Origin: an uncultured bacterium
GTDB taxonomy: Bacteria > Hydrothermota > UBA3073 > NMUJ01 > CBEVQO01
Direction of reading: 5' to 3'
Length of the DNA: 64,000 nt
Assembly (NCBI GenBank): GCA_965552055.1
Contig: CBEVQO010000002.1
Coordinates: forward strand, 1 to 64,000
In this document: positions 1-8,811 of the stretch, one piece after another
Layout: each line of letters opens with the position of its first letter
Position numbering within the stretch: the stretch's first letter is position 1
The notes under the pieces: generated by a model
What the model was told of the DNA's origin: nothing
Databases searched by the model: none
Seen by the model: only the letters and a program-made list of their open reading frames with translations
Program-made: the position numbers and the translations under genes

Positions 1-487
1 CATTTACATCATCCCAGATATAAGGCGAGGCATTATCATCAAAAGGCTCTATACCACCTTCTCGAAGAGGGTTGATGGGAGACTCTACATTCTCCTCAAA
101 ATGTAAATGTTTAGAAGCAGTTACCCAACCGATAATTGAGTCGGACGCTTCAACCCACTGCCCTGTATAACAAGCGGTATCAATGTGACCATATAAAAAT
201 CCTTCTACTATCACTGCGGCCTCATATTTACCTGTATTGGGATTATAATACCAATGCGGCTTAATTTCCTCCACAAAACCTGACTCTACAGGATAAACAG
301 GAGTTCCTTGAGATGCTCCTATATCAATACCTCGATGAAAATGATCTCTATTTCCTCTACATTCATTAAGTACGCCGTGTACAGGATGTGAGGTGTTAAA
401 AGGAGATATAGGCCAAGGGTATCCTTTAAGACTTTGGTTCACATACGCGAGAAGAAAACATAATATAATAAACCATCTTTTACTCAT
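1..487 (-). CDS. Secreted M23-family metallopeptidase domain protein (partial, runs off window start; not in ORF track)
   Basis: Manual translation from ATG at 487: MSKRWFIILCFLLAYVNQSLKGYPWP...DHFHRGIDIG...KHLHFEE...NPLREGGIEPFDDNASPYIWDDVN. Signal peptide and HxxxD/HxH Zn motifs. Overlaps the stop of the upstream gene. Paralog of 25857..29246. Confidence 0.88.
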   Translation of the reverse strand, partial: MSKRWFIILCFLLAYVNQSLKGYPWPISPFNTSHPVHGVLNECRGNRDHFHRGIDIGASQGTPVYPVESGFVEEIKPHWYYNPNTGKYEAAVIVEGFLYGHIDTACYTGQWVEASDSIIGWVTASKHLHFEENVESPINPLREGGIEPFDDNASPYIWDDVN

Positions 488-1631
488 TTTCCCTCCTTTC
501 TTTCAAATACAAAAGCCTTTTTTTATCTCTTTTATCTATGCAAACTATCCCCAATTCATTATTTTTAGATAAATGCAGATATTTAATTTCTTGTGAAGAC
601 AAATTCCATATTTTTTCTTTTATTATTTTACCGCTCATCGAAATAATTTTTCCTCCTTCTCCACTCTTATAAACCAAAAAACATTCTCCGCTTTCAGAAA
701 ATTTTATATTGCACCCATAAGGCGCTGTTATATCGAAAGCCTTATGCCATAAAATATTACCTGTGTGTGTATTTATAACAGCGAGCCCTTTATTTCCCAT
801 TACAAACAAAATAACAAGAAATTTTTCATCGGGAGTGAATTTCATTTTACCTACCCCTCTATAAGAACTTATCAACTCTCCTTCTTTAGACAACAGATAA
901 GTATAAAAGTCTTTTCGCTTGTTAACACCAAATACGATAAAGTTACCTTTAGCGCTTATCTGTGGCCCATATACATAAACATTATCATTTTCTTGAAAAG
1001 TGTAGCGCCAAATTTCTTTACCCTCTGTAGAATATTTAATAATATGATAGCATTTACACGGAGTGTGTTTCTTTGATATTAAAACATAAAAGTATTTCTC
1101 GTCGCTTGTAAGGTAACATTGCATTTTTCGCCCACGAATAAATGAAGTGTCATTTAACGGCTTCGCTATCGTAAGTATTTTCCCTTCTTCGTCATAAAAA
1201 TGAATCTTCGCAATCCAGTGAAAAGGTAGTATAAATCTTCCTGTAGACTCACAAAAAAATACTTTCATAGGAGGATAACGAAATTCTTTTTCCCAGATTA
1301 TTTCTCCTTCTTTAAAGATCTTGACATTAATCATCTCAGACTTATCTTTAGCAGTGTAGACTGCTAAATATTTTCCATGGCTCGAAATTCCGTGCACTCC
1401 GAATATTTCTTCTGCAGACCATCGCTTTTTTAAATGCTCTCCTTCGTACCATAAAATCTCGTTGCATAAAATCTTATTATTTGATTCCCTTCCAAGTATA
1501 ACTACCTTCGGATAAACTTCCTTATTTATCTTATTTATTACCACATCTTTAATCGGTTTATCAAATTTCCATTCCTTTACGAGTTTTAACTTCACTTCTG
1601 TCTCTATTACCAGAAATAACAATACCCACAT
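480..1631 (-). CDS. Secreted beta-propeller-like protein (partner of M23 gene)
   Basis: 383 aa, hydrophobic N-terminus, repeated 'G..IW' and 'S..G.Y/F' blade-like motifs. First 30 aa identical to 29243..30442. Confidence 0.7.
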   Translation of the reverse strand: MWVLLFLVIETEVKLKLVKEWKFDKPIKDVVINKINKEVYPKVVILGRESNNKILCNEILWYEGEHLKKRWSAEEIFGVHGISSHGKYLAVYTAKDKSEMINVKIFKEGEIIWEKEFRYPPMKVFFCESTGRFILPFHWIAKIHFYDEEGKILTIAKPLNDTSFIRGRKMQCYLTSDEKYFYVLISKKHTPCKCYHIIKYSTEGKEIWRYTFQENDNVYVYGPQISAKGNFIVFGVNKRKDFYTYLLSKEGELISSYRGVGKMKFTPDEKFLVILFVMGNKGLAVINTHTGNILWHKAFDITAPYGCNIKFSESGECFLVYKSGEGGKIISMSGKIIKEKIWNLSSQEIKYLHLSKNNELGIVCIDKRDKKRLLYLKERRENE

Positions 1632-1754
1632 AACCCCTCCTTTTTAAATATTACCCTATCAAATCCCACAATATCCATCACACTCATTATAATCGAAAAA
1701 AAAAAGATGGCAAGGGTAAGTTTAAGTTTTCTATTTTTAGAAATGAACTTGAAA
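1542..1754 (-). repeat. Cassette promoter/RBS/5'-coding repeat, copy 1
   Basis: 1634-1754 is identical to 2627-2747. 1542-1709 matches 30353-30520 with 2 mismatches. Confidence 0.95.
1686..1713 (-). promoter_or_regulatory. Sigma70-like promoter TTGCCA-N16(T10)-TATAAT
   Basis: Minus strand reads TTGCCA TC T10 CGAT TATAAT, with AGGAGG RBS downstream. Confidence 0.75.
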
Positions 1755-1768
1755 TTAGACTCATTTAA

Positions 1769-2185
1769 TTACATAAAAAATCGTATACTTATCCCCTGAA
1801 AATCTGGGTCTGCTGGATTTGTCCATTCAAGTTTTACATAATTTGTCGTTTTTTCGATGATTTTTAATCCTGACACCTCGGCTGGTGATTTGAGGGTCAA
1901 ATGTAGCCAATATGTCCGAGTTTCAAATTCTCCAGCCTTCCGCATAATTTACGAATACATCTAAATCACTTGGCTTATCTAACGGAGTACCTACATCATA
2001 AATTCGGCGCACAGTCTTCACATCAAACTCATATGGTGCAGGTGTGCCATCATACGACCAATTGTAATCTTTGTTAAAAACTATCCACTCCACTTCTAAT
2101 TCATCCCCTTCAATTTTGAGTTTTATTTTAGCAAGTTTATCGCCTTCTAATGTTCCTTTATATATTACGAAAGCGTTCGGTGCAT
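1769..2185 (-). pseudogene. Degraded partner gene with orphan FN3 fragment
   Basis: GGGAGG-N7-ATG at 2185 stops after 6 codons. An 88-codon open frame runs 2189-1926. 1794-1887 is 94/94 identical to 27793-27886 (PAEVSGLKIIEKTTNYVKLEWTNPADPDFQG) in another frame. Confidence 0.7.
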
Positions 2186-2189
2186 AATA

Positions 2190-2624
2190 TTACCTCCCTT
2201 CTGTTAACTTTGCAATTTTCCTTAAGCGATCCAAAACATAATTCCTTATCGTTGTAATAGGTGTTTTGGCTTCAAACATTTTCTTTGCTTCTTCATAAGT
2301 TGTGTCTATTTTAGCATCTACAATATCTGGATACATAAGAGCAGCTTTAACCAAGCCCTTTGCTAAACTAATTGGCAATTTTTCATCCTTAATTGGAGCA
2401 TCCGGTATAGCAGGATGACGCTCCCAGTAATACTTTACAAAAGTATCAGTCACTGTAAAACGACCCAAACCTTCGTTTAAAGTAAATGCTTCGGTGCACA
2501 TGTCGCCTAATGTAATTATCTTCAATCCGTATGTCTTGTCAGGATGTCGTACAGGGTATAATACGGCTGATAGTGAAACCGGCACTAAAATTGCTACTAG
2601 AGTAAACCTAAATTTTTGCAACAT
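2190..2624 (-). CDS. Secreted hypothetical protein
   Basis: 144 aa, signal peptide, AGGAGG RBS within the repeated promoter block. Confidence 0.75.
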   Translation of the reverse strand: MLQKFRFTLVAILVPVSLSAVLYPVRHPDKTYGLKIITLGDMCTEAFTLNEGLGRFTVTDTFVKYYWERHPAIPDAPIKDEKLPISLAKGLVKAALMYPDIVDAKIDTTYEEAKKMFEAKTPITTIRNYVLDRLRKIAKLTEGR

Positions 2625-2626
2625 AC

Positions 2627-2747
2627 CCCCTCCTTTTTAAATATTACCCTATCAAATCCCACAATATCCATCACACTCATTATAATCGAAAAAAAAAAGA
2701 TGGCAAGGGTAAGTTTAAGTTTTCTATTTTTAGAAATGAACTTGAAA
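2627..2747 (-). repeat. Cassette promoter/RBS repeat, copy 2 (promoter 2679-2706 with T10)
   Basis: Identical to 1634-1754 and contiguous with element A. Confidence 0.95.
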
Positions 2748-2776
2748 AACCTATTAAAATTTTTGTTAAAATTTTT

Positions 2777-2940
2777 TAATGCGAGGCGTAGCCGAGCACA
2801 TTACATATGGGTTGATATGTCAGCCCATTACGGGTTTAAGGTTGTAGCAGGGGTTGTGGCTTTATCTGCTTTCTGCGTATTTTAGCTGAAGGAGTGGGCT
2901 GACTTAATCGGGAAGGCGGGGACAGCGGAGGAGGGGCTAA
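2777..2940 (+). repeat. Dispersed structured element, subfamily A, copy 1
   Basis: ~165 bp GC-rich, TAATGCGAGGCGTAGCCGAGCACATTA...GGGAAGGCGGGGACAGCGGAGGAGGGGCTAA. Near-identical to 30594-30760 and 34106-34270 (reverse). Confidence 0.93.
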
Positions 2941-2986
2941 AAATTTAAAAATTACTTTTCAAATTTATATTTCGAATATTTAATAT

Positions 2987-3574
2987 GTGTGGATTATCAT
3001 CAGAAAATTAATTCACATTGCATTTATATGGATTCCGATTCTTTATCTTCATTGCGATAAGAAAGTTTACCTCATTATCACGGGACTGCTCTTACTTACA
3101 GCATTCATTATTGAAATTTTACGCCATAAAAATAAAAAAGTAAAAGATTTATTTTTCAAAATCGTTGGCAAAATGTTGTGGAAAAAGGAAGCCGAATATT
3201 TAACTGCTTCAACTTATTTCTTTATAAGCACATTTTTTACAGGTTTGATTTTCAAAAAAGAAATTGTAATTCTTTCGCTTTTCTTCCTATGCATATCGGA
3301 TACTCTGGCTTATTTTTTTGGCACTTATATATTGAAGAAAGATTTTAAATGTATTTCTGGCTCAATTTTTATGTTTTTATGTTCAGTGGTTATAGTACTT
3401 GCATTGAGAATTGTTGACCTTTATACAGGTATTATCGGGGCGTTTTTCTCTTCCCTTGCTCAGCATTACATCAAAAAAATAGATGATAACATAACGATAC
3501 CATTTTCTTCCTGTATTTCTATGACTTTATTCCAGTTGCTTTATTTCAACTCTACGGTTAACCTGACGGGTTAG
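2987..3574 (+). CDS. Dolichol/phytol kinase-like membrane protein (CTP_transf_1 family)
   Basis: RKLIHI, SDTLA..FG and IDDNITIP motifs; multi-pass hydrophobic. Confidence 0.75.
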   Translation: MWIIIRKLIHIAFIWIPILYLHCDKKVYLIITGLLLLTAFIIEILRHKNKKVKDLFFKIVGKMLWKKEAEYLTASTYFFISTFFTGLIFKKEIVILSLFFLCISDTLAYFFGTYILKKDFKCISGSIFMFLCSVVIVLALRIVDLYTGIIGAFFSSLAQHYIKKIDDNITIPFSSCISMTLFQLLYFNSTVNLTG

Positions 3575-6500
3575 TGCATCGACATTTGGCACAAGAGGTC
3601 TTTTTTCACCATATCCTTTTATTATAATTCTATCCGGGGGGACTCCGCATTTAACGAGGAAATCTTTTACTGCTCTGGCACGCTTCAGGGACAAACGCAA
3701 ATTGGCTTCCTCTGAACCTATATCATCACAATAACCAACAACTTCTACCTTTGCATCGGGATTCTCTTTTATCACCCTTGCTATCAATCTAAGCTCAAAT
3801 TTAGCCTCGGGACGCAAGTCTGCTTTGGCGAAATCGAAAAATACATTATGCATCGTTATAGATAAAGGAACAGACCTTATTTCTACTCTCCTGTTTATCT
3901 GACGAGATTGCTCATCTTTATTGGGAACAAGGGGTCTATCTTCACCATATCCTTTAACTATCATACGCAAAGGATGAACACCCAATGATACGAGATAATC
4001 TTTAACTGCTTCAGCACGCTTCTGTGACAAACGCAAATTAACATCACGAGGTCCTATGTCATCACAATGACCCGATATTCTTACCTCAAGATTTTTATAA
4101 GTTTCGAGTACCTTTGCTATTAACTTTAATTCCTTTTTAGCTTCCGGACGGAGCTTCGCACTACCAAAATCAAAAAATACAGTATGTGCTATCACAGGAC
4201 CTGACTGGGTGACTACTTTCTCTGCTGTTTCAATGAAGGCAACCGGTGCTTCGCCTTTCTCACCTTCTGCTATAAGAAACTTCTGAACTTTGCCATCTTC
4301 TGTTGTTATCACAAGTTTACCATATTCTTTTTGCTCACCCATAACAAATACGGGAACAAGTTTATCACCAACTTTCTCAAATTTAATCTGCGCTTTCTCT
4401 CCTGTTTCTGTAACAGGAATAACATAAAATTCTTTTCTTCCCTCTTTTGTAACAAATGTAATTTTTTGTGCACCTTCGGTTTCTTTATCCACTATCTTCA
4501 AAATCACTTTTCTGCCTTCTTCTCCGATGAAAACTATCTCACCTGTCTTTTCTTTACCGGTAGAAGTAACAATTACAGGTTTTATTTTGCCATTTTTCAT
4601 AACAAGATTAAATTTGAATCTTTCGGGTGTTCTTGTAAGAATTGTGGTTTTTATTTCTCCTTTTTCATCTATCAACACGAGTTTACCTGCTTCTGTCTCC
4701 GATGGAGGAGCAAGTGCAATTGGCAATATTTTACCATATTCTGACAAAAAGACAAACTTTCCTTCAATTTCCTTGCCATCTGACAATACTACGGGAACGA
4801 GTTTGCCATTAATAATCCTAAAAACCACTTTTACCTTTTTGCCATCAATTTCTCCGATGAGAGCACTTCGGATTTGTCCATTTTCATCTATAAATACAAG
4901 TTCGGAATGCAAAGTATCAAGACGCACAAATAAAGGTGTAGCTTTTTCACCTTCACCGAGAAATACAAGCTTGCCTCCCTTTACTTCCCCTAATTTTAGC
5001 TTTAACTCAACTGATTTGCCTTCTTTCGTAATAAAAAGCAGTTTGCCTTTTTCCTCTCCTGTCAATGTTTGCAAAGCAGTTATCAGTTTGCCTTCTTTTT
5101 GTTCAAAAATCAAAAGACCTCTTTTTTCTTCTTTTTTTGGAGAAAAATACACCGGTAATATTTTTTCTTTTTTATTACCTATAATCATTTTTTCTTCTTT
5201 CACAATAGCCGTTTCTGATGTTTTTAATTCTTCGGGAGTGATTTTTGTTAAATTCTCTGCGAAAACAATTTTACCTGTTTCTTCTTCTGCTGTTTTAATT
5301 TCAATGGGTGCGATTTCTCCCGTTTTTGTAATAAGTAGCAATTCCGCTGGCTTCTCCTTCTCCTTTATGCGAATTAATGGAAGAATTTTTTTGCCAGATT
5401 TCTTAAATTCAACTTCAGCAGTATCGGAAGGTATCTCGGCGATAAGTGGGGATGTTTTAAACTTCTCTCCAACAAATGATAATGTAATTTTTCCTTTCTT
5501 CTCCTTTATGAAAATACCTGTCTTTTTGCCCTTTCTCGAAAGAAATACCATCTTCTTCTCGGGCAATACCCCTGATTTTATCTTTATGCCATGGGTTTTA
5601 CCTTCCCTATCTATAAGGACAATCTTATGGGGCACTTTTTCTTCGCCCTTTGTTATAACATCTGCAAAAATTTTATCGGGAGATTTTATCTCTCTGGGTA
5701 ATTTGGGGCTCTCTGCTTCAACAAATACAGGTGTAATTCTCTGGTTACCCGCAACAAATGTCCATCTTTCACTCAAAAAAGGCATTCTTTCTTTTACTCT
5801 GGGAGAAAGTTTCTCATATGCTTTCTCAAAAGTAGTAAGTACAATTCTTATTATTTTCCTTGTTTCATATTTTTCTTTGATTTTTTCACGGAAAAATACA
5901 GGCGTTAATTCACCGCCTTTTCCTATCAAAATTAATTCTCCTGCTTTGTCAGGCGACCTCCATATACCCGATACATCAAAGGAATAATAAGAACGGGCAC
6001 TCCTTAAATCATATCTGCCAAGGTCATAATAATAGCCTCCTATCCTCAATTGCAGTGTATAAACATTACCAGGAGGTAGCACAATTTTATATTCCCCAAG
6101 TTCATTTGTCCTTGTTATAAAGAAATCCCTATCTTCCTCGGGCAGGCGAGCAACTACTCTAACGCCTCCGAGTGGCGCACCCTCGAGCCTGTCCTGGGCA
6201 ATACCAGCTATAACAAGAGAACGCTCAGGTCTGAAAGGCTCAGAAAGTGATAAAAGATAAATATCACCGGCATAAGAGGCAAGAAATTTTTTGCATTTGG
6301 CATCAACACTTATATATTCATCGTCAGAAATGGTATTTAAAGGACTAACTGCAACAGGTTCTGCAAACCCTTCACCTTCTTTCGTTGTAACAAAAAGCTC
6401 AAAGTCATTTAAAGAGCCAACTCTCCTCGCAAAATATAAAGTTTTATTATCATAATGGATAAAAGGAGAAATTTCATCATGCACTGTATTTATACTCTTC

Positions 6501-6997
6501 AAATTTTCTGGCTTTGTCCATGCAGTATCCATAAAATGTGTAACCCATATATCGTATCCCCCAGCAGAACCTTTCCTGTTCGATGCAAAATATAAAGTTC
6601 TGCCATCAACAGAAAGAGAAGGACACCATTCATCTGCATCGGTATTTACAGGTAAAGGATGGGGGATACTCCACTCTACACCTATTTTTTCAACATAGTA
6701 AATGTCAAGGTCACCTCTATCTGTCCTGCAAGAAAAAAATATACGATATTCATCGGGAGAAACAGAAACAGGACCCTCAATTTCACGAATGCCAACTATC
6801 TCACTTAAATTTACAGGAGAAAGCCATAAAGAATCTCTTAACCTTGTAACCCATAAACAAAATTCTCCGCTCCTATCCGAAATAAAATAAATAGATTTGC
6901 CATCCGCTGAAATGTAAGGAAATAACTCATCAAATTCCGTATTTACAGGAGAAGGTAATTTTGTCCCTATGAATACCAGTAATAAAAGAATTACCAT
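3527..6997 (-). CDS. PD40 propeller + carboxypeptidase-regulatory-like domain + long beta-rich repeat stalk + two OmpA-like peptidoglycan-binding domains (PorE-like)
   Basis: PD40 repeats (PYISADGKSIYFISDR, PSLSVDGRTLYFASNR). Two C-terminal FDF..A.L...GHCD/GYCD...NLRLS..RA..V...NRRVEI domains. Confidence 0.85.
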   Translation of the reverse strand: MVILLLLVFIGTKLPSPVNTEFDELFPYISADGKSIYFISDRSGEFCLWVTRLRDSLWLSPVNLSEIVGIREIEGPVSVSPDEYRIFFSCRTDRGDLDIYYVEKIGVEWSIPHPLPVNTDADEWCPSLSVDGRTLYFASNRKGSAGGYDIWVTHFMDTAWTKPENLKSINTVHDEISPFIHYDNKTLYFARRVGSLNDFELFVTTKEGEGFAEPVAVSPLNTISDDEYISVDAKCKKFLASYAGDIYLLSLSEPFRPERSLVIAGIAQDRLEGAPLGGVRVVARLPEEDRDFFITRTNELGEYKIVLPPGNVYTLQLRIGGYYYDLGRYDLRSARSYYSFDVSGIWRSPDKAGELILIGKGGELTPVFFREKIKEKYETRKIIRIVLTTFEKAYEKLSPRVKERMPFLSERWTFVAGNQRITPVFVEAESPKLPREIKSPDKIFADVITKGEEKVPHKIVLIDREGKTHGIKIKSGVLPEKKMVFLSRKGKKTGIFIKEKKGKITLSFVGEKFKTSPLIAEIPSDTAEVEFKKSGKKILPLIRIKEKEKPAELLLITKTGEIAPIEIKTAEEETGKIVFAENLTKITPEELKTSETAIVKEEKMIIGNKKEKILPVYFSPKKEEKRGLLIFEQKEGKLITALQTLTGEEKGKLLFITKEGKSVELKLKLGEVKGGKLVFLGEGEKATPLFVRLDTLHSELVFIDENGQIRSALIGEIDGKKVKVVFRIINGKLVPVVLSDGKEIEGKFVFLSEYGKILPIALAPPSETEAGKLVLIDEKGEIKTTILTRTPERFKFNLVMKNGKIKPVIVTSTGKEKTGEIVFIGEEGRKVILKIVDKETEGAQKITFVTKEGRKEFYVIPVTETGEKAQIKFEKVGDKLVPVFVMGEQKEYGKLVITTEDGKVQKFLIAEGEKGEAPVAFIETAEKVVTQSGPVIAHTVFFDFGSAKLRPEAKKELKLIAKVLETYKNLEVRISGHCDDIGPRDVNLRLSQKRAEAVKDYLVSLGVHPLRMIVKGYGEDRPLVPNKDEQSRQINRRVEIRSVPLSITMHNVFFDFAKADLRPEAKFELRLIARVIKENPDAKVEVVGYCDDIGSEEANLRLSLKRARAVKDFLVKCGVPPDRIIIKGYGEKRPLVPNVDALTRQVNRRVEIKQLE

Positions 6998-8094
6998 TCC
7001 TCACTGAATTCTATGTCAATTTTGTCGCTCGTTACTTTTTTTACTTTAACAATTTTCGCAAGCTGTAACTCTCCATCTTTTAACCTTATGATATAAAAGT
7101 CCTTGAGAGGGTCTCTTTCTCCTTCAAATATCATTTCACCAGTTACGCCTTCGAATTTCTTTAATTCCTTAATTTTTTCTTTAATCTCCTTTGATTTAAT
7201 TCCCTCTCTTCCTGCCAGAGTTGCGATAAGCTTCACCGCATCATAACCAAGAGCAGAAAAAGATGAAGGAGCCATAATATACCTCTCCATATATTTCTGA
7301 CAGAAGATGCTAACATCAGAAGAAGGCACACCCGTAAAGAAATGTGTACAATAATAATTCTCACCTGAATGCTTGCCTGATAGGTCAACAAGACGAGGTG
7401 AATCCCAGCCATCGGTACCAAGCAAAGGAATGTCAAGACCCCTGATTCTGGCTTCTCTTATTATGTGACCAACATCCTCACAATATCCAGGAATAAATAA
7501 ACAATCAGGAGAATGAGCAATCACTTCATCTAAAATTTTGGCATAAAAGAAAGTACCGGATTTGTAAAACCCTACATAAACAATCTCACCTCCCATCTCC
7601 TCAAAAGAATTAGCAAAGTATTTAGCAAGCTCACGGGAATAAGGATTAGCACTATCACAAAGTATAGCTGCTTTATTCTTTCGCAATACTTCATAAGCAA
7701 ACTTGCTCATTGCAGTACCCTGCATCCTGTCTGTAAAACATATCCTCCAGATATTATCATTACCTTCGGTAACTTTATCATTTGTGGCACTCGGAGTTAT
7801 CAATAATATGCCTTCTCTACCAATCTCATCTTTTATCTCAAGAACACATGAACTTATTAAAGGACCGATTATTACATCGACACCCTTTGCCACTATTTCT
7901 CTTAACTTTTTAACAGTTTCATCGGGCTCACCATAATTATCCGCTACATACAACTTTATATCATAACCCTGAATGGCAAGCTCATCGGCTGCAAGCTTCA
8001 TACCCATAAGACAATCTCTACCATAGGCAGATAAAGGACCTGTTAGCGGTAGCACACTGCCTATTTTCAAAACTGTTAAGAGAAATATTATCAT
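6991..8094 (-). CDS. Branched-chain amino acid ABC-type substrate-binding protein (LivJ/Peripla_BP_6 fold)
   Basis: KIGSVLPLTG, IIGPLISS, ITPSATN, GTDGWDS, ALGYDAV, FEGVTG motifs. Confidence 0.85.
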   Translation of the reverse strand: MIIFLLTVLKIGSVLPLTGPLSAYGRDCLMGMKLAADELAIQGYDIKLYVADNYGEPDETVKKLREIVAKGVDVIIGPLISSCVLEIKDEIGREGILLITPSATNDKVTEGNDNIWRICFTDRMQGTAMSKFAYEVLRKNKAAILCDSANPYSRELAKYFANSFEEMGGEIVYVGFYKSGTFFYAKILDEVIAHSPDCLFIPGYCEDVGHIIREARIRGLDIPLLGTDGWDSPRLVDLSGKHSGENYYCTHFFTGVPSSDVSIFCQKYMERYIMAPSSFSALGYDAVKLIATLAGREGIKSKEIKEKIKELKKFEGVTGEMIFEGERDPLKDFYIIRLKDGELQLAKIVKVKKVTSDKIDIEFSEEW

Positions 8095-8140
8095 ACTTTA
8101 TTTATTTAAGGAGGGGAGGGGGCATGCGCCCCCAGGTACA

Positions 8141-8623
8141 CTACTCGCCAGTACCTCCTGCAGGTGTACCCCCTGTCCCTACTTCCATCTTACAGCTGCC
8201 ATTGAAAATGGCACCTTCCTCTACAACAAATCTTTTACAAACAATATCACATCTCACATCAGAACCTGCTCTCAGTTCCACTTTATCAGTAGCAGTTACA
8301 GGACCGCTGACCTTCCCTTCGGCAATCAGTTTGTTAACCGTCATTTTAGAAGCATTCACCACACCGGAAGGTTTTACAGTTAGGGTCTTCATAACATTTA
8401 ACTCGCCTTCGAATGTGCCCTCAATTATGACATCACCAGAATCTGTAAGTGTGCCGGAGAAATACGCCGTCTTTGATAACCTGGTAACATCTTCCGTCGG
8501 CGTATATTCGGCTGGCGGAGTGTATTCAGGAAATTCTTCTTCTTTCTTCCTCCTCTGACCATAAAGCGAACCCACAAATAAAACAAGCACCAGACACAGC
8601 ACAAGATACCTTGACCTTAACAT
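8141..8623 (-). CDS. Bactofilin (polymer-forming cytoskeletal protein) with N-terminal hydrophobic segment
   Basis: G.L...G.V.I.G.FEG, ELRAGSDVRCDI, VEEGAIFNGSCKM pattern. Confidence 0.88.
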   Translation of the reverse strand: MLRSRYLVLCLVLVLFVGSLYGQRRKKEEEFPEYTPPAEYTPTEDVTRLSKTAYFSGTLTDSGDVIIEGTFEGELNVMKTLTVKPSGVVNASKMTVNKLIAEGKVSGPVTATDKVELRAGSDVRCDIVCKRFVVEEGAIFNGSCKMEVGTGGTPAGGTGE

Positions 8624-8645
8624 AACCCCCTCCTTCTCTTTTTAA

Positions 8646-8717
8646 CTGGGGCGGGTGGATTCGAACCACCACTCCCAGGTCCAAAACCTGGTGTCCTGCC
8701 CATTAGACGACGCCCCA
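8646..8717 (-). tRNA. tRNA-Gln(UUG)
   Basis: TGGGGCG acceptor, CCAGG-TT-TTG-GA-CCTGG anticodon arm, GGTTCGAATCC T-arm. CCA not encoded. Confidence 0.95.
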
Positions 8718-8725
8718 TCACTTAT

Positions 8726-8752
8726 ATTTTAAACATTTTATCAATTTGTCAA
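8726..8752 (-). promoter_or_regulatory. Promoter TTGACA-N15-TAAAAT (tRNA-Gln operon)
   Basis: Direct reading of the minus strand. Confidence 0.75.
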
Positions 8753-8776
8753 GTCACTATTAAAATAAATTTTTTG

Positions 8777-8803
8777 TTGACATCCCCAGATTTTTATTAT
8801 CCT
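8777..8803 (+). promoter_or_regulatory. Promoter TTGACA-N15-TATCCT (ftcd operon)
   Basis: Direct reading; ATG is 8 nt downstream with no SD. Confidence 0.6.
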
Positions 8804-8811
8804 ATTATGCT

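Noticed and set aside
2616..2885. Short ORFs over the promoter repeat and elements (also 13500-13850, 30418-30727, 62123-62589)
   Set aside because: Frames are not preserved between copies, which differ by indels; they overlap promoters and hairpins.
4527..5987. 486-aa plus-strand ORF
   Set aside because: Antisense shadow of the low-complexity stalk of the OmpA-domain gene; no motifs.
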